Assembly: GCA_030704615.1 (NCBI GenBank)
Contig: CM060734.1
Location: 60,698,001-60,762,000, forward strand
Direction of reading: 5' to 3'
DNA: 64,000 nucleotides
From: Takakia lepidozioides
Taxonomy: Eukaryota > Plantae > Bryophyta
In this document: positions 59,683 through 64,000 of the stretch, piece after piece
Layout of the letters: every line of letters begins with the position of its first letter
How positions within the stretch are numbered: position 1 is the stretch's first letter
The notes under the pieces: generated by a model
What the model saw: the letters and a program-made list of their open reading frames with translations, nothing else
What the model was told of the DNA's origin: nothing
The model's database searches: none
Translations under genes and position numbers: made by a program

Positions 59683-62600
59683 CTACCAGGAGGCTGTTTT
59701 AGTCCTTCGCAACGTCTTGGGCTGGGGGGTTGCTTGCTGATCCATGCGTGTGAACATCTCCATTATCTGCATGACCATCAGAGACCCAGATATTCATTGA
59801 AATGGAATTAGCTAGGAAGTTAGATGGAAATATGGACTAGGGCTGGCAAGACACTGCAGAAGACAACTTTATGGAGCTGCAGATCTCTAAATCTGCTTCA
59901 TGGGGCCAGTCCGTTAACAATACAAGATGTGGCATCGAACATTACAAGTATTTCTGCCTAGCAAGTCAACCTCCACATAGAACAATCAACCCGGTAATTG
60001 TGCAGATCCCAGCAAGTGATTGACTCTTTCAGAGCCATATATTCAACCATGAGTCAGGACACCGAGGTGTGCAGCAATTTTGCTACAAATAGCTTGTTGG
60101 GGTAGCACCCCCACCCATCACCCTCATGCTGCTAATGTACACAGAGTGTGCGTCTTGCAACTGACTAGTCCCACTTCGACATAGAAAACAATCTAATATC
60201 AACATACACAGCCTCAGCAAAGTCAGTCTGTCAGAGATGACAAGATCTGCATTAAAAAAACGACATGCCCGAGCAAAGTATACCTGCTTTTTCCTCCGTT
60301 CTGCCTCTTCCTCCTATCAAGCACAGACAAAAACAAATTCCACAAGCCAAATCAGAAACTTTTCACCTTTTCTGTAAACATGCTAGATGACATGTAGGCG
60401 AACAAGAATGAACCCAGAGATCATCAAAACTAACGGCGCCAACAAGATCTTCTAAGACAGAGGGCATTTGACAGCCAAAAGGGATGTTGGATTGGATTAT
60501 TGATTATTGGAGTGGATTGCACATCTTATTGGACCACCATTCCTGTTACTCACAGGTTCAAAGCCAGACATAACCCTCACTCTTATACAAAAGACTGTTG
60601 GCTATAGCACACTAGACAAACAAAATCCAAGCCTACTACAATTTGTTATGATGGAAGCGGCAAAAAGAGACCTGCTGCTAGAAATGTTCACAGCCCATGA
60701 TGGATATGCCTAGGCAAGGCTGACCTACTTTTAATCCTATTCAAGGCAGCTGCCAGCCAACCTCAAAATCAGAGTCAATTGTGAGCTGTGGTCCTAACCC
60801 TTTCTCACTTTGGTGATTGCGTGCCTAAGCAGCATTTGGGGAATCCCTGCAGCTAAGGCAACTTAGGAACTGCTGCTAACCCTAAACACATTCAGGAAAG
60901 GTCAAACCTAGAGCTAACTCTGCTTTGTTGCTGGCTGCAAAATGCTCGTAAGGAGTGGAATCGGACTGATGGGTAGAGAGGCATTCATTAGCTATTTAGC
61001 AATTGCTGTACAGGTGTAGTGATACCTGCTGCTTCCTCAATCTCAGGTTCTCTTCCTTCAGCTGTGTAACCTCTGCTTCCAATTCGACAGTATATGCCTG
61101 AACCCATATGAAAGAAACATGGCAATCAATCTCAAAAAAAAAGTTCTTCTACCATTATAACCATGGTGCCACGTGACGGGGTAGGGTCAAATTTGCTTTA
61201 CTAGATTCTGGTAGCTTATCAGTACAGCTTGTACATTTTAAAGCACCTAGTGTCTAGTAGAAAGATAATTATCTTTTTGAAATCGCTAACACCTCCCAGC
61301 ACAAGCTTCAACCTGCTGTATTTTGACGGGCTATAGGGCTTCAGATCATGTTGTGAATAATTTGATGCACTTAACAGTATGCAATACCAATTACAGTTTA
61401 CATGTGCACAAGATCAATACAATTCTGTCAGGCGCCATGCTATCTGTCAAACACATATACACATCCTCTAGGACTTTCACAAGGGAAATTTTGGACAACT
61501 ACATTGCAACATTTAAACTTCAACCACAAGACCTGTCTGTTGTCTCCCTCCATCTCTCTCATATTAGATTTGAACTTGTGACACTTCAGTGGAAACTCTC
61601 CCTGCAGTTACCTGTTTTCGGGCGCGTGAGCGGGCAGCTGATTCCCGATTTTTGATCATCCTCTTCTGTCGTCTCTCGACCACTTTCTCCACAGGACCAT
61701 CTGGCCCCCTTTTCCGACCTCGCAGAGCTCCATCCATCCCATATTGCAATGGAGAGAGAGACTGGCCATTCTGCCCGCTGTCTGACACTGGACTTGGAGG
61801 TGACCCTGGTGTGAGGCCCATATTCACCCCCATCCCTCCGCCCACTCCCATGACCAATCCTCCAACAGGCATCCTGCCCATGCCTCCACCCATGGGTCCC
61901 CCCAAACCCATGCCAGGCATGCCTACCATAGGCCCAGCACCATTGCCCATTCTCTTAACAAAGGCTTCTGCTGCTAGAATTTGCTGTTGCTGTGCCATAC
62001 TTCGGTACCAGTCTGCCTGTCAATTCAGACCATCATCCAGACATGCCCATAAATGCATCAGAGACAATTAGATTCCTAGTCTGTGTCGAGGACTCCAAAG
62101 CAGGAGACTTACAATACCTTTATGTTTCACCTAATCTTGTAAGTGGATTCACGAAAGGGATAGCTCAATGCTTCTGCAAATAGCCAGAGGCACATCCAGA
62201 ATACAATAACTGAGCCTAGAAATGTGAAGTTCGATTATAGTCATTGATGATCATAGATTGGTAGCACTCATAAAGTAGAGAGCATGTAAGTACCTGCTGT
62301 TGCTGAGAAACAGCCTGATTCTTATTATAGGCGTCCATTTGCATAGCATCAATGGTTGCCTGACTGGGTAGTGCATTGGCAGGAGAAAGAGAGAGTGTTG
62401 GCGCGCAGTCTCCACCAACCACCCGGTCACCTCCACCCTGTGCGTCTCTTTCTCTATCTGCAGTACCCATGCCTCCAACAAATGCACCAAATGCCTGGCT
62501 CCCAGCCTCAGCCTCATCTCTCACTACCCCAGCTTTCACTAAGAAATCTTCCAGTGTCATCTCCCCAAAAGTGGCCTCCCGCTGGTGTGGGGCACTGGTG

Positions 62601-63013
62601 GGTGGGGGCTCCCCTCCAGTGTCAGTCGTGCCATTTTGAATATCTCGCCACACTTCATCAACTGTTTTCCGACGCAGTGTGCGTGGGAGGCTAGCCTGAC
62701 GGGGTAACCTGGCACTACCAGCAACTCCACCCTCCCCACTCCCCGCCATGGCCGTTGCCATAGCCTGGCTTTCTTCTGCAGTCCAGATGTTCTTGAGAAA
62801 TTCGTCCATATTCATTGATCCAAACGCTTTTCCAGGGTCTGTCATTGCATTCTGAAACTCGTCGAGAGTGAGAGAGTAGATAGATGACTGTCTCGCCAGA
62901 GAATTGAACCGGGAGCCCCCACTTGAAAGCGTGGAGGTCGTGCCATTACTAGCATTGGCTGGAACCAGAGGTCGAGCTTGCGACTCTTGTGGGCTCTGCG
63001 ATTGCGAACCCAT
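59683..63013 (-). CDS. Group A bZIP transcription factor (ABI5/ABF/AREB family), 436 aa; exons 63013-62294, 62016-61612, 61097-61026, 60313-60284, 59766-59683
   Basis: C1 LARQSSIYSLTLDEFQ..GSMNMDEFLKNIWTAEE, C2 RQASLPRTL..KTVDEVW, C3 TFGEMTLEDFLVKAGVV, basic region RRQKRMIKNRESAARSRARKQ|AYTVELE, C4 LRRTKTASW*; all introns GT-AG, all exon lengths multiples of 3. Confidence 0.95.
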
Positions 63014-64000
63014 TGCGTCTTGCGCTGGAGGTACAGTGCTTTTTTCAAGGGCTAACGTTCTTCGTGCCGCCCGCTCACGAGCCCGACTACGGGCGTCTGG
63101 GCCTGCCAGCGCTGCTGACTGTTCTTACGGAAGAGAAAGAAGGAGAAGAATGAGCCCTCGGCCGGTTGGTGAACAACAAACATCCAATGGCAAATCGCAG
63201 AGCAAGAAAGTCACCTGGCTCCCAAGAAGTAATCTGGAATCTCCAATTGTACCTCGATCAAGCACATTCTCGCAGCCCTAGAGCATCTCTACTGCGATGA
63301 TCGGCAAAGACTTTACTCCAGGCCTAACGGAATACCATGGTGTCGACACCACTGTTCATCTTCCACCTACAGATCTGGTCTGCCCCTATTAGAGTGCCGC
63401 TCTGTCACGCTGCTCCCTGCTTGTCCTCCAGGGTTGAAAAAACGTCCCCCGCCCAGATCCTTTCTGAAAAGACTGAGAAGTAGAGGGAAAGGAGGACGAG
63501 ATCGTTCGGTCCGCCTGAGTACCAAATTAAAAATCAATGTCAGAGAAGGAAAATTGAGAGTCTCATCTCCCGTTTCCAATATTAGGGTAGACAGAGGGAG
63601 ACCCTCTAACACTTCGGTCAGTATGATTCCCGTAAACACAGTTGGAAAGCCAGAGTCAAGAAGAAAACCTGGCTGACAGAGAGAGCCGGAACACAGTGAT
63701 GAACCAAATTGACCGATCTGAAGGAAGAGATAAAAGAAAAACACATGAAGCCTCACACATTAGGGTGACATGAGAGCTGCTAGAGGAGGGGAAAAAGAAA
63801 AACCAAGAACATGCCAAGAGAAACTACATCTCTTCGACTCTTCGAGCCAATCAAAGAAGAAGAAAAATGCTGATGACAGTGTTCCAAACAGATGCAAGAA
63901 ATGCAAAACTCTCCACAGCGACTCAAACTCAATATGTACAACATTAACACTTTGTATAGTCATCCCCTCAAACAAAACGCCAGGATTTCACGACCAGCCT

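Overview
Eukaryotic nuclear DNA, very likely from a non-seed land plant (bryophyte- or lycophyte-like; inferred from PLS-DYW PPR, OSB/PDF, GDSL and ABI5/ABF genes with GT-AG introns plus CRE- and RTE-type retroelements). The window is a transposon-dense mosaic with two clearly intact host genes: an intronless PLS-E-DYW RNA-editing PPR (27.7-30.05 kb, +) and a 5-exon group-A bZIP of the ABI5/ABF type (59.7-63.0 kb, -). It also holds pseudogenes or fragments of a GDSL lipase, an O-methyltransferase, OSB PDF-motif exons, an ARM-repeat gene (two copies), a second E-DYW and a UBX gene. Mobile elements include several L1/Tx1-type LINE remnants, a near-complete CRE-like RLE retroelement, a full-length RTE/RTEX-like LINE with a 15-bp TSD, tRNA-derived SINEs and a stack of probable Helitron ends. 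The main finding is a decayed Ty3/gypsy element (12.0-18.4 kb, -) carrying a DNMT3-like C5 cytosine methyltransferase domain between protease and RT. Also notable: a small 10-Cys protein resembling fungal secreted effectors (46.1-46.5 kb, candidate horizontal transfer), and an unclassified repeat whose ~400-nt end keeps a multi-hairpin structure through compensatory substitutions (7.65-8.02 and 19.18-19.67 kb). All family assignments come from motif recognition by eye; no searches were run.
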